In this document: positions 35,734-48,331 of the stretch, in pieces
Position numbering within the stretch: position 1 is the first letter of the stretch
How the letters are laid out: each line of letters begins with the position of its first letter
Assembly (NCBI GenBank): GCA_020891255.1
Contig: BQFW01000009.1
Span: forward strand, 682,001 to 746,000
Direction of reading: 5' to 3'
DNA length: 64,000 bases
Origin: Entomortierella parvispora E1425
Taxonomy: Eukaryota; Fungi; Mortierellomycota
Notes under the pieces: model-generated
The model's database searches: none
What the model was told of the DNA's origin: nothing
Seen by the model: the letters and a program-made list of their open reading frames with translations, nothing else
Program-made: the position numbers and the translations under genes

Positions 35734-36561
35734 TCAATCGAGCTTCTTGACACGCTTCTTGGTATCCGAGGATCCAGTTGAGCCCTTCTCGCCAACCTTG
35801 ACAGGCGACGCGCTCGAGTTGTTCCAGTAAAGAGCCATCTGAAGAGCCAAAATACAGTTGAAGAGCGTGCTGAGCAAGAATCCAGACAAGATAATGACAT
35901 CATCGACCTCAGTCAAAGTAGTGTAGACACGAGCCAACGATCCTGCAAAGTAGTTGAAGATGGTGAAAGCCGAGAGTTGTCCAGTGCTCTTGTTCCTGTG
36001 GTTCTCAACAATCTGGGGGATCTTGGAGAACAGGTTGATGGGGATGGTGGCACCTTGCAAGACGGTCAACGCCTCCTTGGAGACCCAAGCGGTGGTGACG
36101 ACGGATCCATCGTATTGGGTGACGCTGGTGCTGCGACCAAGGATATTGCCAAAGAACAAGAAGGAGGAGAGAACCATGAAAGCGGTGGTGTTCTTGCCAG
36201 AGTAATGGAGCATGAGGCCAAGAATGATCAGGTTCTGGATGGTGACAAAGAAGGTCTCGCCATAGGTCGAGATGGGGTTGTTTTGACGAATGTTGTAGGC
36301 AAGCGAGACGACGCAGGCAAAAGTCTCGAGCATGTACGAGGGCAAGGAAATACCCTTGGCGGTGCGGGCCTGGACAATCTTGATGATCTGGGGCACCTTG
36401 ACGATGGCACCGCCAGCGACGATGCCGAGACCGAGGCCCTTGGAGATGCCGTATTTGATGCATTCGACATCGCGGTAGTTGAAGTCCTCGATGAGGGAGC
36501 TGTAGCAGGTATCACCAATGATGGCGACGGCAGGCGTCTTGAGGAAGAAGGGAAGCTGCAT
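35734..36561 (-). CDS. MPDU1: Mannose-P-dolichol utilization defect 1 (MPDU1/Lec35) PQ-loop protein
   Basis: CIKYGISKGLGLGIVAGGAIVKVPQIIKI...GISL..YMLE...STYGE; second PQ loop SKIPQIVENHRNKSTGQLSAFTIFNYFAGSLARVYTT. Confidence 0.92.
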   Translation of the reverse strand: MQLPFFLKTPAVAIIGDTCYSSLIEDFNYRDVECIKYGISKGLGLGIVAGGAIVKVPQIIKIVQARTAKGISLPSYMLETFACVVSLAYNIRQNNPISTYGETFFVTIQNLIILGLMLHYSGKNTTAFMVLSSFLFFGNILGRSTSVTQYDGSVVTTAWVSKEALTVLQGATIPINLFSKIPQIVENHRNKSTGQLSAFTIFNYFAGSLARVYTTLTEVDDVIILSGFLLSTLFNCILALQMALYWNNSSASPVKVGEKGSTGSSDTKKRVKKLD

Positions 36562-36851
36562 TGTGGATGGGATGGGGAATGAAAAGAAGTGAAGAAGAGA
36601 AGAGAAGAGAAGAGAAGAGAAGAAGGGATTGATTCACGCGCGCTGTCTGCCCTGGCCTTGGACCGGCACAAGGTCGGGTCTGCAACGCCCGTTGTCGTGG
36701 CAGGGCATGGCAGTCACGGAGCATGAGCACGAGCATGCACCAGGCAGGAAACAGTGGGATGCCATTGCTAACCGCTTCTTTCCTTGCTCCTCCCTTTCAT
36801 TATTACTCTTTCTTACTCTTTCTGTCATCATCACTCCCTTCTTCTTGTCCA

Positions 36852-38561
36852 ATGTCATCACCTCAGCACATGGGCGCGCCCACGAGCTTTGGCCAGGGCT
36901 ACACCCCGCATTCATCCACCAGTGGACCCAACACCCCGCCAGCACGCCCACCACGGAAAGAGATTCTCAACTACTCTGCACCATGGCCCGTCTATGGTCT
37001 CGACTGGTCGAATCAGCCAACTGAACGTGAAGCATTGCGGCTAGCCGTGGGAAGCTTCATTGAAGATGGCAGTAATAAGGTCCGTTTGCATCTCACAATG
37101 GTGCTCTGGTTTGACCATGCTGTAGGAATGTGTCGCGCGTCCATCTCTTCCTGCTCTCATCGCGTCTCCATTTTCACACTTGTCGCGCAACTCTAGATTC
37201 AAATCATCACATTGCCCGAGTTTGCAGGTGTTGACGGCAAGGAATACAACCCAAACTCCATGTCTGACTGGATTCCTATCGCAGAAACGAACCACCAACA
37301 GTACCCCGTGACGAAAATCAAGTGGGAGCCCTACAGAGTAACGCGCGTTGCCTCTTGTGATCTTTCATCCCTTTGCTGCACAGAGTATGTGAGCTGACAG
37401 CCTAGAGCAAACGTTTTTCCTATAGAGCGGACATCATGCAACAGACTTGCTTGCAACGACAGGCGATTATCTGCGTCTCTGGGAGCTCAGGGACGACCCA
37501 GAACTAAACAACAACGCCAGCAGCACGATAGGCAGGAGACCGTCGGCCATTCAACAGCAGCTGTTGCAGCGGGCTGTTCTTGCCAATGTAAGATCGACTG
37601 CGCTGATTCACGTCCCAATGAAACATGCTGAAGGACCCACTGGCGTCAGCGCTAAGCAGAATAGCACCGTACTTTTTCTCTTCTTAGACCAAGGCAAATT
37701 TTTGTGCACCGCTCACCTCATTCGACTGGAACACTTTTAATCCAGCATTGGTCGTAACAAGTTCCATCGATACAACCTGCACTGTCTGGGACGTGGAAAC
37801 ACAACAGGCAAAGACTCAGCTGATTGCTCATGATAAGGAGGTGTACGATGTGACGTTCGCAGGCAACAATGCAGACATATTTGCCAGTGTGGGCGCAGAC
37901 GGGAGCGTACGGATGTTTGATCTGCGAGCATTGGAGCACTCGACCATCATTTATGAAACGACACCTGTTCTTTCCAATGCCAGCCCTCAAGCTGGAGCAT
38001 CCCCAGCCGTGCCTCTGCTCCGACTTTCATTCAACAAATTGGATGCGAATTACTTGTCCACCTTCAGAGTTGACTCTTCGACGGTGCAAATTCTGGATAT
38101 TCGTGTACCGGGAATCCCCGTGTCCGAACTTCAGGGCCATAAAGGCGCAGTGAACTGCATGGCGTGGTCACCGATCGGAAGTTCCGAGATTGCAACAGGC
38201 AGTATGTGAAGAAACTCATCTTCTTAGCCAGTTTTTTTACTGTGAATGCAATTACCTAACAATTGATCTTATTTCTGTTGGATTTCTAGGCGACGACCAC
38301 CAAGTATTTATCTGGGAGGTGAATCAAATGCGGCAAGATAGAGGTGACGATGTGGATCAAGTACATCGTCACCAACATAGCAAATCGAGGAGCGGAGGCA
38401 GCAGCAGTAGTCATCCACCAGCGGCGTCGACCAATATCCTGCATGAACCTTTCCGGGCGGCAAATGTGGGAGGGGAGGTCAACCAACTGTCGTGGTCTAG
38501 TGCCAGCCCAGACTGGATCGCTGTTGGATTTGGACGAACTGTGCAAGCACTTCGACTGTGA
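36852..38561 (+). CDS. DCAF7: DCAF7/WDR68/AN11-type WD40 protein, multi-exon
   Basis: [13 protein letters not shown]...[12 protein letters not shown]; [10 protein letters not shown]; [12 protein letters not shown]; [10 protein letters not shown]; [12 protein letters not shown]...[14 protein letters not shown]; [26 protein letters not shown]. Confidence 0.93.
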
Positions 38562-38814
38562 GAAACAATAAACCCGTGCTAAATAATAAAAAAAAATGTG
38601 GCTGACTGACTTTTTTAAAACCGGGTTTTGTGCCTGTGTTTGCCACCAACGACAGAAACATTGTTTTCACGCGTTGCATGCGCTCCCTCCTCCCTCCTTC
38701 ATTCTAACATTCGCTCCCCTTTCTTCTCGTTGTCAATTATACACTTCTTTGAAGTGTCCTCAGAGTTGGAATCTTAGCTTAAGGATCCTCTGTCCTCCAT
38801 TGACGAGCACTGAC

Positions 38815-41335
38815 ATGGACGACACTGGTCGTTCCATTTCAACCCTGCGACGGGATTCAAGCTTTGACGAGTCCAACCCATTCTTGGTTCCTCCATCTGC
38901 ACCTCAGCTCGAAAAGGTTGATGACGGCGTCTTCTCATTCCGTAAAAAGAAGCCCATTGCCAAAAGAATTATCCCCCAGAGCCCTATTCGTCCACCCCGC
39001 AAGAGTCCTGCAAATCCAAAGCGCACGGAGCTTGTGGAGCGTCCAACAGCCGCAGACTCTGTGGCGACACCTCGGCCCTCTGCTGCAACTGCCACAACCC
39101 CCACTCGATCGAATAAACCTGCCACTGACCGCAAAAAGGACTCTCGACACAGGCATTCGAAACCAAAGGCACCAGCTGTTGGGACAGACAACTGCGATCT
39201 AGTATGGAAGGGCAAATTCCTGACTTGTACTCTTCCTCGGGTCGAAGTTCAGCCTGTAAAAAAGAAGAACAGGTCAAGGACCTTGGGGCTTCGAAAGGCA
39301 GGAGAAGGCAAGGATGAAGAGGATGCCTCTATCAAACCGATTGTGACCCGAATACCGGGCGTTGTTTTTGCGCTGCCTCGTGAATACAACAGACTCGCGC
39401 CAGGATCGGGACTCTTGACGCCGTCTTCCTCACAGCACAAAACTGAACAGACATCCAGGAAAAGTCAAATCATGAGCGAGGGGACAAGCATGCAGGTCGT
39501 GTCTAGAATCCAATTAGCAACATTCCCAAGCTTCTTGCTTCGATCAGATGTCAAACCATGTCTAGTGTAAGTGTATTGAGGGCCAATATTGTCCTTTTTT
39601 TCAGACTACTAACGCGATCCACAGTTGCCCAGTTACCAAAAAGTCTAGGGCATACTTCAGAGGACTATTAGACGAGGACACTGTGGTATGTCCTGTTGGA
39701 ATTTGATACGCTTCACTATCCTTCGGACCAAATTCATGTAGAACTTACGTCCTGCTTTCTGTCGCCTCAGTTTGATGCTTTAGCTCGATCAGTTTCAAGT
39801 GACAATGGAAGCGCTCTAGCTGACGTTGGTCTAATCGTGAGAGTTTTGGCCGAAAAGACAAAAAAGCCGAAAAAAAAGCTGACTCTTATGGAAGCTATCC
39901 TCCAACAGCGTGCCACTCTCCGAAATAATCAAAAGGAAAACCCGTCCTTTGAACCAAGTACAGTGATACAGTGATGCCATTGTGTTTAAGTGGCAGACTC
40001 GAGACTGTAGATCAAGGCTGACCCAGAATTCTTCATTATTTCACGACTATAGTTTCAGACGACGATTTGAAGCAAAAGATCATCTATCAAAAGACAACAA
40101 CTTTTTTGATATGTGGATCAGTTCGACAAGGCACGGGCGGGGTTCCGACACTCTCATACAAAGCCCACCCATTGGTAGACTATGGATCTATTACCAAAAC
40201 GATCCTTCTCAGCTCGCAATCAAATGCCAGACCAACCAACAACACATCTGGATCGGAAGCAACCTTGGAACGAAAGCCGATCATCGACGTTAATGATCTC
40301 GCAGAGCATGTCACCAAGGAAAATCCCACAGATTTGGACCAAGGATTAGGTCTCCTTCCTGAACAGGATTCTTTGACGTCAGAATTGACTCCTGTCAAAA
40401 AGGATGAGGATGAACAGGGGATGAAAATCAATGATCCCTTCGTCGCCAATCTTATCTATGGAATTGACGACGTATCAGACGATGAGGACATGGAGGAATT
40501 TGAGGGCTTGGCTCTCAATTTACGGGACTCTTTAACTGTCGATCAGGAGATGTTGGTCACTGAACCAGTAGAGGCTGTCAGAGCAGAGGCGAATACGCCA
40601 AAGAGAAAGTCTTTGTTGGTGGAAAAGAGACCTGCAGCTGACAAATCGCCGATAGGTGCGGCGACACTTGAAGGCAGTAAGAAACGACGCGCGCCTGCAC
40701 CAGCATTGGCAAGTGACTCCTTGAAATCATCTTCTACTTCAGATCCTGCCACCATGAAAAAGAGAAAGACTCCACTCCCAACGATCACAGTCGAATCGCC
40801 TCTGTCTCCAACGACCGTTGTTCGAGTAACAGCGCCTTCACTCGCAGTTGTACCACCTTCAGCAATGTCAACCGTTCTATCTACGCCCAAGGTAACGCCT
40901 CTGCCAGCAGAGGTGTCTGCTACGCCTAGCGTTGCTCCAAAAGCATTGACGACCACCGAGCATCGCAATAAGGAGGTAGGAAACAGGGGACATGGGAGTC
41001 GCCACTGGCTGGTTTATCGTTCGCAAACTAAGCTCGCTTGAATTTTTCAATTGTTTCGATTGTAGACTATCAAGGCACTCATGAACACGGTCCTAGCCAA
41101 GATTAATATCGGTCCTAGTCATGAGGATTTTGATGAATACAGTGACGAGGTCCAAAAGCGGGTCTTGTTTTCTATGGTAATTTAGGAAATTAAGGATCGA
41201 TTCACAGTATGCTTCGACCGATACTGATACATAAACATTCTGACTTCTTGTTAACAGAGAAAGGATGTCACCACGAAGCTGTACCATCTAGAAGAACTTG
41301 AGCGGCTGATGGATAGACACGCGGAAATGCTTTGA
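38815..41335 (+). CDS. Multi-exon hypothetical protein, probable Sld7/MTBP-like replication factor
   Basis: Exons join in frame through GT-AG introns. The C-terminus NKETIKALMNTVLAKINIGPSHEDFDEY...KRVLFSMRKD...LEELERLMDRHAEML resembles, from memory, the Sld7/MTBP C-terminal helical domain. Confidence 0.5.
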
Positions 41336-41573
41336 ACGCGAAAAAAAAAAGCAAAGATCGGCCCATAAATCACGTGATTACAATGTAAATCTAAGCCACC
41401 ACATACATTGTTTATGGGGACTTTGTCCCGCCCTTGCTCGAGGACCAACTTGCCCTGAAGAGACGACCTGTCGACCAGTGACCTCCGAATCAATTAGACG
41501 AGCCTCGCATTCAACCTTGCATCTTCTCCTCCGTCCACACCCCACTCTCTTTACACTCGACGTACACGCACAC

Positions 41574-42832
41574 ATGTCCAGCATCCTCATCTCTAGGGCG
41601 ATTCCCCGGAAAGCCGTTGCCTCGGCAGTCGTTGCTGGCGGCTCTGCTTACATTGCCCAGACCTCCTACAGACAATACGCCACTGCTAAGAAGGCCCCCC
41701 ACTCCCTTCCCGGTGCCATGACCTTTACCGATGCCCTCAACGTCCTCAAGGTAAATCTAGAAGATACCTTGCCGTAATTGCCATCAAAGACGAATGGATA
41801 CAGGAACATGGGATCAGCTCAATCGGAATCTCAGGAGCCTGATCAGGAGGACAACCATGACCTTTCGTCGGGAATTGTTATTGCGGCATGTGATGTCTGA
41901 GCCAACAAGGCATCCATTTCGGCACGTTGTACAATATTTAGGAGACATGGCCTCGTTCCAGGACTTTCAGTGAATTCAGCCAGTCATTTCCATTCATGAA
42001 GTACTCCGTTACTCACTTGCTTTATTGCTTTCGCCCGGACCTGCTTTTAGGCCAAGGAGGTCAGCAAACCCAACCATTTGATTGAGGTCCACATCCAGAC
42101 CAACACCAAGGCTGAGAAGCACTCTCAGCCCATCCGTACCTCTGTTCTCTTGCAAAAAGCCATCAAACAGGATTCAGTCATCTTGGTATTTGCAGAAGGT
42201 GCTTTCGCGGAGCAGGCCAGAGCTGCCGGAGCCACGATCGTTGGAGGTCCCGAGCTGGTGAAGGAGGTGGAGGATGGCAAGCACAAGTTTGACAAGTGTA
42301 TCTCGACACCAGGAATGTACCCTTCCGTGACCAAGTTGGCTCGTATTTTGGGACCCAAGGGTTTGATGCCCACAACCAAGAAGGGAACCGTGACAGAGGA
42401 CATTGCGGGCGTGATCAAGGCTCAAACAGCAGCTTTCGATGTTCGTGGCGATAAGACAGGAGTTGTTCACACCAGTATGTTGATCAGACCTTTGCATTGT
42501 CGGCGCTAATTGATTCTTCTCAATCTCATCATGGTCCTAACCAATTTTGTATTGTTACAAAAATAGTCATTGGAAAGGTCGACTGGGATCAGAACGACAT
42601 TGAGGCCAACTACCAGATTATCATGGATCAGATGAAGGTCCTCGCTCAGGAGCGTTTCGTCAAGAAGGGTAAGAACTACCATATGAGAAATGAGATCTAC
42701 CACAAAGGAATTAGCAAATTGGAGTAGGATCTAACCCGTGTCTTTTTTTTTCAAATGAATATAGATTGGATCAAGAACGTTTACATCTCATCCACGCAAG
42801 GACCTGGAATCCCCTTGATCAACAACATTTAG
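41574..42832 (+). CDS. MRPL1: Mitochondrial ribosomal protein L1 (uL1m), multi-exon
   Basis: Mitochondrial-type leader; AEQARAAGATIVGGPELV; FDKCISTP; LARILGPKGLMPTTKKGTV; IKNVYISSTQGPG. Confidence 0.92.
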
Positions 42833-44033
42833 ATATCGCCCATCCCCACATAGATCTGTTTTTTTATTGTCGTTTCCCACATATCCCTCAACAATGCATT
42901 GCTTCACAAAATCTTGCTTTACGCCACCAATTCGCACTGTCACGTGTTGTGACCGTGCCTTTTTCACTTTCTCCGCATTTGGACCATGGATGACCTCCAG
43001 TCAAGAGTCCCTCATCCTCGGCTCCTTAATCTCTTTGACAAAGCGCTTGTCAAAGGACCCTCACTCCTTCCCGCATTACCCTCGATACCTTCGTGCCTCT
43101 GTATTTCTACTTTTCACTCTAAATTTCTATCAATTACCGCCGCATTTCTACAAAGGCAGACTGAACAAGAAACAGCGCCATGCTACCCCATCTTCAGGGA
43201 GGCCATGCCCGAGCTTTTCATGAGCACTTTTCTCCCTCTTGTCCGTCAAGCTGTCCAGGCCGGCGCGGGCCCCCCGTCAACTCATTTTCTAATTACCCGC
43301 ATCCTCCTCCGACCATGATACCTTCGGGCCGACACCCTCACCTTGGTAAGTAAAGTTTTTTTTTTTTTTTTTTTCTTGCACTCGGATTCTTTGCGTGCCT
43401 TGCCGTGGCAGTGGGTTGAACGATATTGATCAATTGTTGGATCATGACAGCTTACAATGCTCAATTCTCTGTTTTATAGACGCCTCCAAACTGCATCCAG
43501 CATTTTCCGGATTGTTCTACCAGCAACGAAGGAATATACATCATCATTCGTCTCGACCACAGCCACCACCCCCACCACCGCCTCCCTCGGCAGTTCAGAC
43601 CTCAATACATGGAACGCCGCCACCACCTCCCCTTACTCTGTCCATGATGGATGACCCTGCAAGGACGTCACCAATCTTTTACGGGTATTCTGCGAACCAG
43701 CAGGACAAGGCCAAGATGTGAACAAATCGATCTTTCCCGAGGCGAAAAAGGAAATATCGCCACCAAAAAAAATGAGAAATCTATTGGAAAGCTCCGCTCC
43801 CGGACCACCTTCTCCTCGATTAGACTTCTTTGGCTTCAGGACTCCGACTCCTCTCAACCCTCCAGTCTTTCCTTCTCTCTCGTCTCTTCTTTTTCCCTGT
43901 ACAATAGACACTAATAAAATGTGGTCAACAATCTGTGGTCTCTTTGAACGGGGGCGGTTTGGTCAGGTCCAGTGGCACAAAAACTTGGGGAGTTCTTTTT
44001 CTTTCATTCATTTACCGTTCATTGTCAAAGTCC

Positions 44034-45430
44034 ATGTCCAGGCCAAAATCATCTCCATACACAGTCGTCCTTGAGACTCCCGAGATTGTCGCACTCATCG
44101 GCGAATATCTTTTTCTCTTGGGCTCGAGACATATGGCCAATTCGTTTTATCCAGGAAGCAATCTTGCGACCCAGTCGAGAGCCTTCTACGTGGTATCACG
44201 CGTTCACTCCAATCATTTGGCGCGTCTACTCGTTGGGCAACATGGAAAACGTTCCTCGCCATGTTCTTCAAAAGAATACAGTGCACACTCGACATCTCGA
44301 CTCCGTTTATTTCGTCCCACTGTTCGCCATAGAAGAGGCTTCGTTTCCTCGACTCGAACATGTCTCCATGGTTGAATCTTATCGTCCGCTTGGACCGCTC
44401 CTGCAGAAGGTCACAACGGCGACCCACCTGGATTTGCTTTTTTTTCAGCGACGATAACCGACTCGGGCGGTAGAAAAGATACCTACTTGAGCTTCAGTCT
44501 CACGCACTTGTTTATCTCTGGACTCCATTGCGACAGCTTTTAAAAGTTATAAGGGACCTTGTCCAACCATCCCCACTTATCTTCCGTGTACTTGAGCATG
44601 TAACCGTTTTACGGCGAAAAGGTCCCTCCACTGTCGTTTACCCATCTGCCTCTTCCGATCAAGGACTTGGAGATCACCTATCCCAAAACTCTTATTCCCA
44701 CTTCTCTCAGATTCGATCAATTTAGCCAGCGTTGTCCTGAACTAGAGAAACTCGTTTTCACTTCCCAAGAGGTATTCGACGATGGGTTGGCTCAAGAGAT
44801 GAACAATCCTGGTGTGCAAAAGATTGTGGCCTGGGTTCGAGAGTCTTACCCTCGGATCGACGCTCTGTCGATGAGAGGAATGACCTCAAAGCTGCGTTCA
44901 GGACATTTGTGATACGATACCTCATTGGCCGTGCGCGGTCCTGATCAAGGAAAGGCCGTCCAGCTGAAGGCCTCTATGATATTGCTACCAGATGCCTTCA
45001 TGTCTTGGCTAAACCTGGACAGAAAGACTCTTCCAGGTCATCGATCTAGAATTTCGCTACCAAGGAAAACTTTTCCCGCACAGGGCTGAATGGGACGGTT
45101 TGCTATCGACTCCGGATCTCATGTCGTTGAGGGATCTGCGAATTAAGTGGACAGGGAGATTCAAGGCCACAGAGGTAGCCCTCGTCTTTGCATCGACATG
45201 GAGCTGGCCTCAACTAGAAAGTTTGGCATTGAGTGGCCGTTCAGGGGCAATACAACGAATCTATCGCCTTTCCTGCCATTAGCGAAAGCGAGATCCACTG
45301 GAGACCTAATGAGAAACTACATGCAGGCCACTGTTTGAACGGACAGCTCCAACAGCGACTTCAAGAACTGCCAAAACTGAAACCCCTACTATGAACACCA
45401 TTCCCTTCAAAAAAAAAAATGAACGAATTC
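44034..45430 (+). pseudogene. Disrupted paralog of the 29570-30976 F-box-like gene
   Basis: VVLETPEIVALIGEY, then a frame change to WYHAFTPIIWRVYSLGNMENVPRHVLQKNT...ASFPRLEHVSM. Several later frameshifts and stops; ends in QQRLQELPKL/NTIPF fragments. Confidence 0.8.
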
Positions 45431-46686
45431 CCTTCCTTGGTTCCCCTCTTTTCGTTGCTCTAAAATTGATAAAAGCTGGCCTGCATGTAGCAGATTCAAC
45501 TTGTTTTGTCTTCCAATCTAGTGGAGAGGCGATACTATCAACCTGGGGTCATATGAGAGATTCCAAAAGATTGTTTATCTTTCTCGCTTCTTGAACGCCA
45601 TTATTTTCAGCCTCTGTTTACTGGCGGTGCCTACAGAGAAGATGACTCCTTTTGCTATGCTAGTCTCATTGACCTTCTTTTGCGTGTTGCAGGTCGTAGT
45701 GGATCGGGCCATGATCTATTTTGGTGCTTATGGATTCGTGAATCATTCGGAAGCCTGGGCCACATGTGCACGGTTTAGTATTGATCTGGATAGCCTTTTA
45801 CCCTCTCCACTCGGCCTCTGATCCAGAGGCACATCCCGATCGATCTCATTAGCAGAATCAGTTGTGGATTTAAATTCCACTCTAGATGGTCAGGCTGCTA
45901 CTAGAGGAGGAGGACCTGGCAGGAGACATGGCAATACAAGTGCAGTCAGTCTTGTGTGTCCTTCCAACTCGGTCCATGCTCGTGCAGATGCACCCCGAGC
46001 AAAGCAACCTCGTGCTTCCCTCCACAGGCAATGTCGCATTTATTGCAGCCTGGTTTCCTGAGCTCCATGACAGAGAGGAATGAGTGTGTGCGGAGGTGAA
46101 AGCCAGAGGGGCCGGTGGAGAACTAGACAATGGGTTACGATGCTAGGAAGATTACCCGCTTTTGGAATTCAGGAAACCGCGCATTGCTCTCAGCCCATTG
46201 GGCGCAATTTTCAGAGTAAGGTTGCGGTGGCACCAAAACATGTGGCCCGTGTGTTGTTTTTGTGCACGAAGCTCTTTGTCGCGATCATACCAGCAGACGT
46301 GCGGACGAAACCATATTAGTGTGATGCCTTGTTGAACGCTGGATGTCATGATCCTTGAACAACCTGCCTGGATGGTGATGAGGTCGAACTGCACCTTTTG
46401 AAAGTGGATTGTCGGCTTTTTTGCTGATTTTTTTTTTTTTTTTTGTATGACAAGTCCTTTGGACCATGCAACAAGAGAACGACTTTTTTTTTTATTTCAT
46501 TTGATCCATTAATAAGTGATGCAAAGGGCTATTGAAGCTATCGTTGCCTTGTGTTGTTGGTTCGTCGATCGAGGCTGTTCTTGAGTACCTATTCTTACCT
46601 GCACTCTTGCCAAGGAGAAAGTTGAAAAGAGGAGGAAGAACGGGAAGGCAAACTCACCATGATCATTGCATTCAAAAGCTCGAGTT

Positions 46687-46898
46687 CTTGATCTAGTCCT
46701 TGATCTAGTCCTTGATCTAGTCTGTGAGAAAGGCACCTCCAACAACAACGCCAGTTTATTTCATATTTGCATCCTGAAAATCCTGATCGTCCTGGAGTCC
46801 CGCGTGAAAAGGATGAAAACATTAGTAAGTTAGTATGTTAGTAAGTTAGTAAAACACCCCCAACGACAACGCCAGTTTATTTCATATATGCATCCTGA
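46687..46898. repeat. Cluster of short repeats: CTTGATCTAGTC x3, a 39-bp direct repeat, and an 8-bp TTAGTA(A/T)G array
   Basis: 12-mer x3 at 46687-46722. 39-bp copies at 46739-46777 and 46860-46898 (2 mismatches). ATTAGTAAGTTAGTATGTTAGTAAGTTAGTA at 46821-46851. Confidence 0.9.
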
Positions 46899-47241
46899 TC
46901 TTGACCTAGACCTATCAAGAAAAAAGAAAAAAAAAAAGAAACTGGGACGGAGGAGAGAGTGAGTGCCAAGCAGCTTGTTCTTTTTGATCAGAGAGCGAGA
47001 GACTGTGAGACAGAGGTAGGAGACAAGGAGGCAAGAGTGCGAGTAAGTGAGAAAAGGAGCGAGAAAGGAGCGAGAAGGCGAGATCAGTGAGAGCAGACGT
47101 CCAGCAACAGCAAAGGGAACAAACTTGCCGTGGAAAGGCGGCGTGGTGAAAGGTGGTGGTGATGGTGGTGAAGATGAGAGCGAAGGGTTGAGGAGAGTGA
47201 AAAGTGGAAAGTGAAGAGGGGAGTGAAGGGTTGGAAGAGAA

Positions 47242-48331
47242 GAGAAAAGCGAAAAGCGAAAAAAAGGCCAGAACCTTTTGTGCCGCGCAACTTTTGCCAA
47301 GAGGACGAAAGGAGGGTGACGACAACGCATTGTCGCGTATTCAGTCGATGCGGACTGAATGGAGGAGAGTGGCCCGGGTCCTCGTTGTCGGGAGGAGGAA
47401 AGACACATGGTGAAAGAAAGGGAAAGGGAAGGAAACGATCAGTGTGTGCGCTGATTGGTTGCTTTTGTATGAAGGGCTGGAAAGACATTGAAAAGACATG
47501 CAGAAAATGCGGTTGATAGACATTCAAAGCAGGGAAAGATGTCAAGGGATAGAGGGGGAGAGCTGTCGTCTTTGCCCTCACCATCATCGTTACCATCGCT
47601 ATCACTATTGCTATGAAGGATGGAAGGAGGAACAGAAAAAGTGCGTCAGAAAAAGAGAGAGAAATGAAAAAAAAATGGACATGGCCTTTGTGCAAATGCA
47701 TTCTTTCTCTTTTCCACCCAGCTTTCGTTCCTTCATCACGATGAGAATGGCCATGATGATGGCAACAGCGCAGTTACAGTGGTCCTTCTCCATACTATCT
47801 CAGTCCTTTATTGCTGTGAGGCTTTCCAAGAGCGAAGGAACTATGGGGCCGGAGAGGGAAAGGGAAGAGGGACATGGCCACCATGTAAATGTCTCCACTC
47901 TCCACCTGTCTTTCTCTCTTTTTCTGTCCCTCTTTTTCTGTTCCTCCTTCCATCCTTCATGACAATAGTGATAGCGATGGTAACGATGATGGTGAGGGCA
48001 AAGACGACAGCTCTCCCCCTCTATCCCTTGACATCTTTCCCTGCTTTGAATGTCTATCAACCGCATTTTCTGCATGTCTTTTCAATGTCTTTCCAGCCCT
48101 TCATACAAAAGCAACCAATCAGCGCACACACTGATCGTTTCCTTCCCTTTCCCTTTCTTTCACCATGTGTCTTTCCTCCTCCCGACAACGAGGACCCGGG
48201 CCACTCTTCTCCATTCAGTCCGCGTCGACTGAATACGCGAGCAATGCGTTGTCGTCACCCTCCTTTCGTCCTCTTGCAAAAGTTGCGCGGCACAAAAGGT
48301 TCTCGCCTTTTTTTCGCATTTCGCTTTTCTC
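47242..48331. repeat. Near-perfect inverted repeat: arms 47242-47660 and 47913-48331 (419 bp each), 252-bp spacer
   Basis: Manual alignment of arm 1 to the reverse complement of arm 2 gives about 11 differences, including two compensating 1-bp indels (~97% identity). Confidence 0.97.

Noticed and set aside
42986-43914. Short ORFs between MRPL1 and the 44-kb pseudogene
   Set aside because: No recognisable motif or coherent exon chain; Pro/Thr runs come from simple sequence.
45690-45821. VVVDRAMIYFGAYGF..WATCAR, faintly like an acyl-CoA dehydrogenase C-terminus
   Set aside because: Only about 25 residues, with no other ACAD segments nearby; too short to support.
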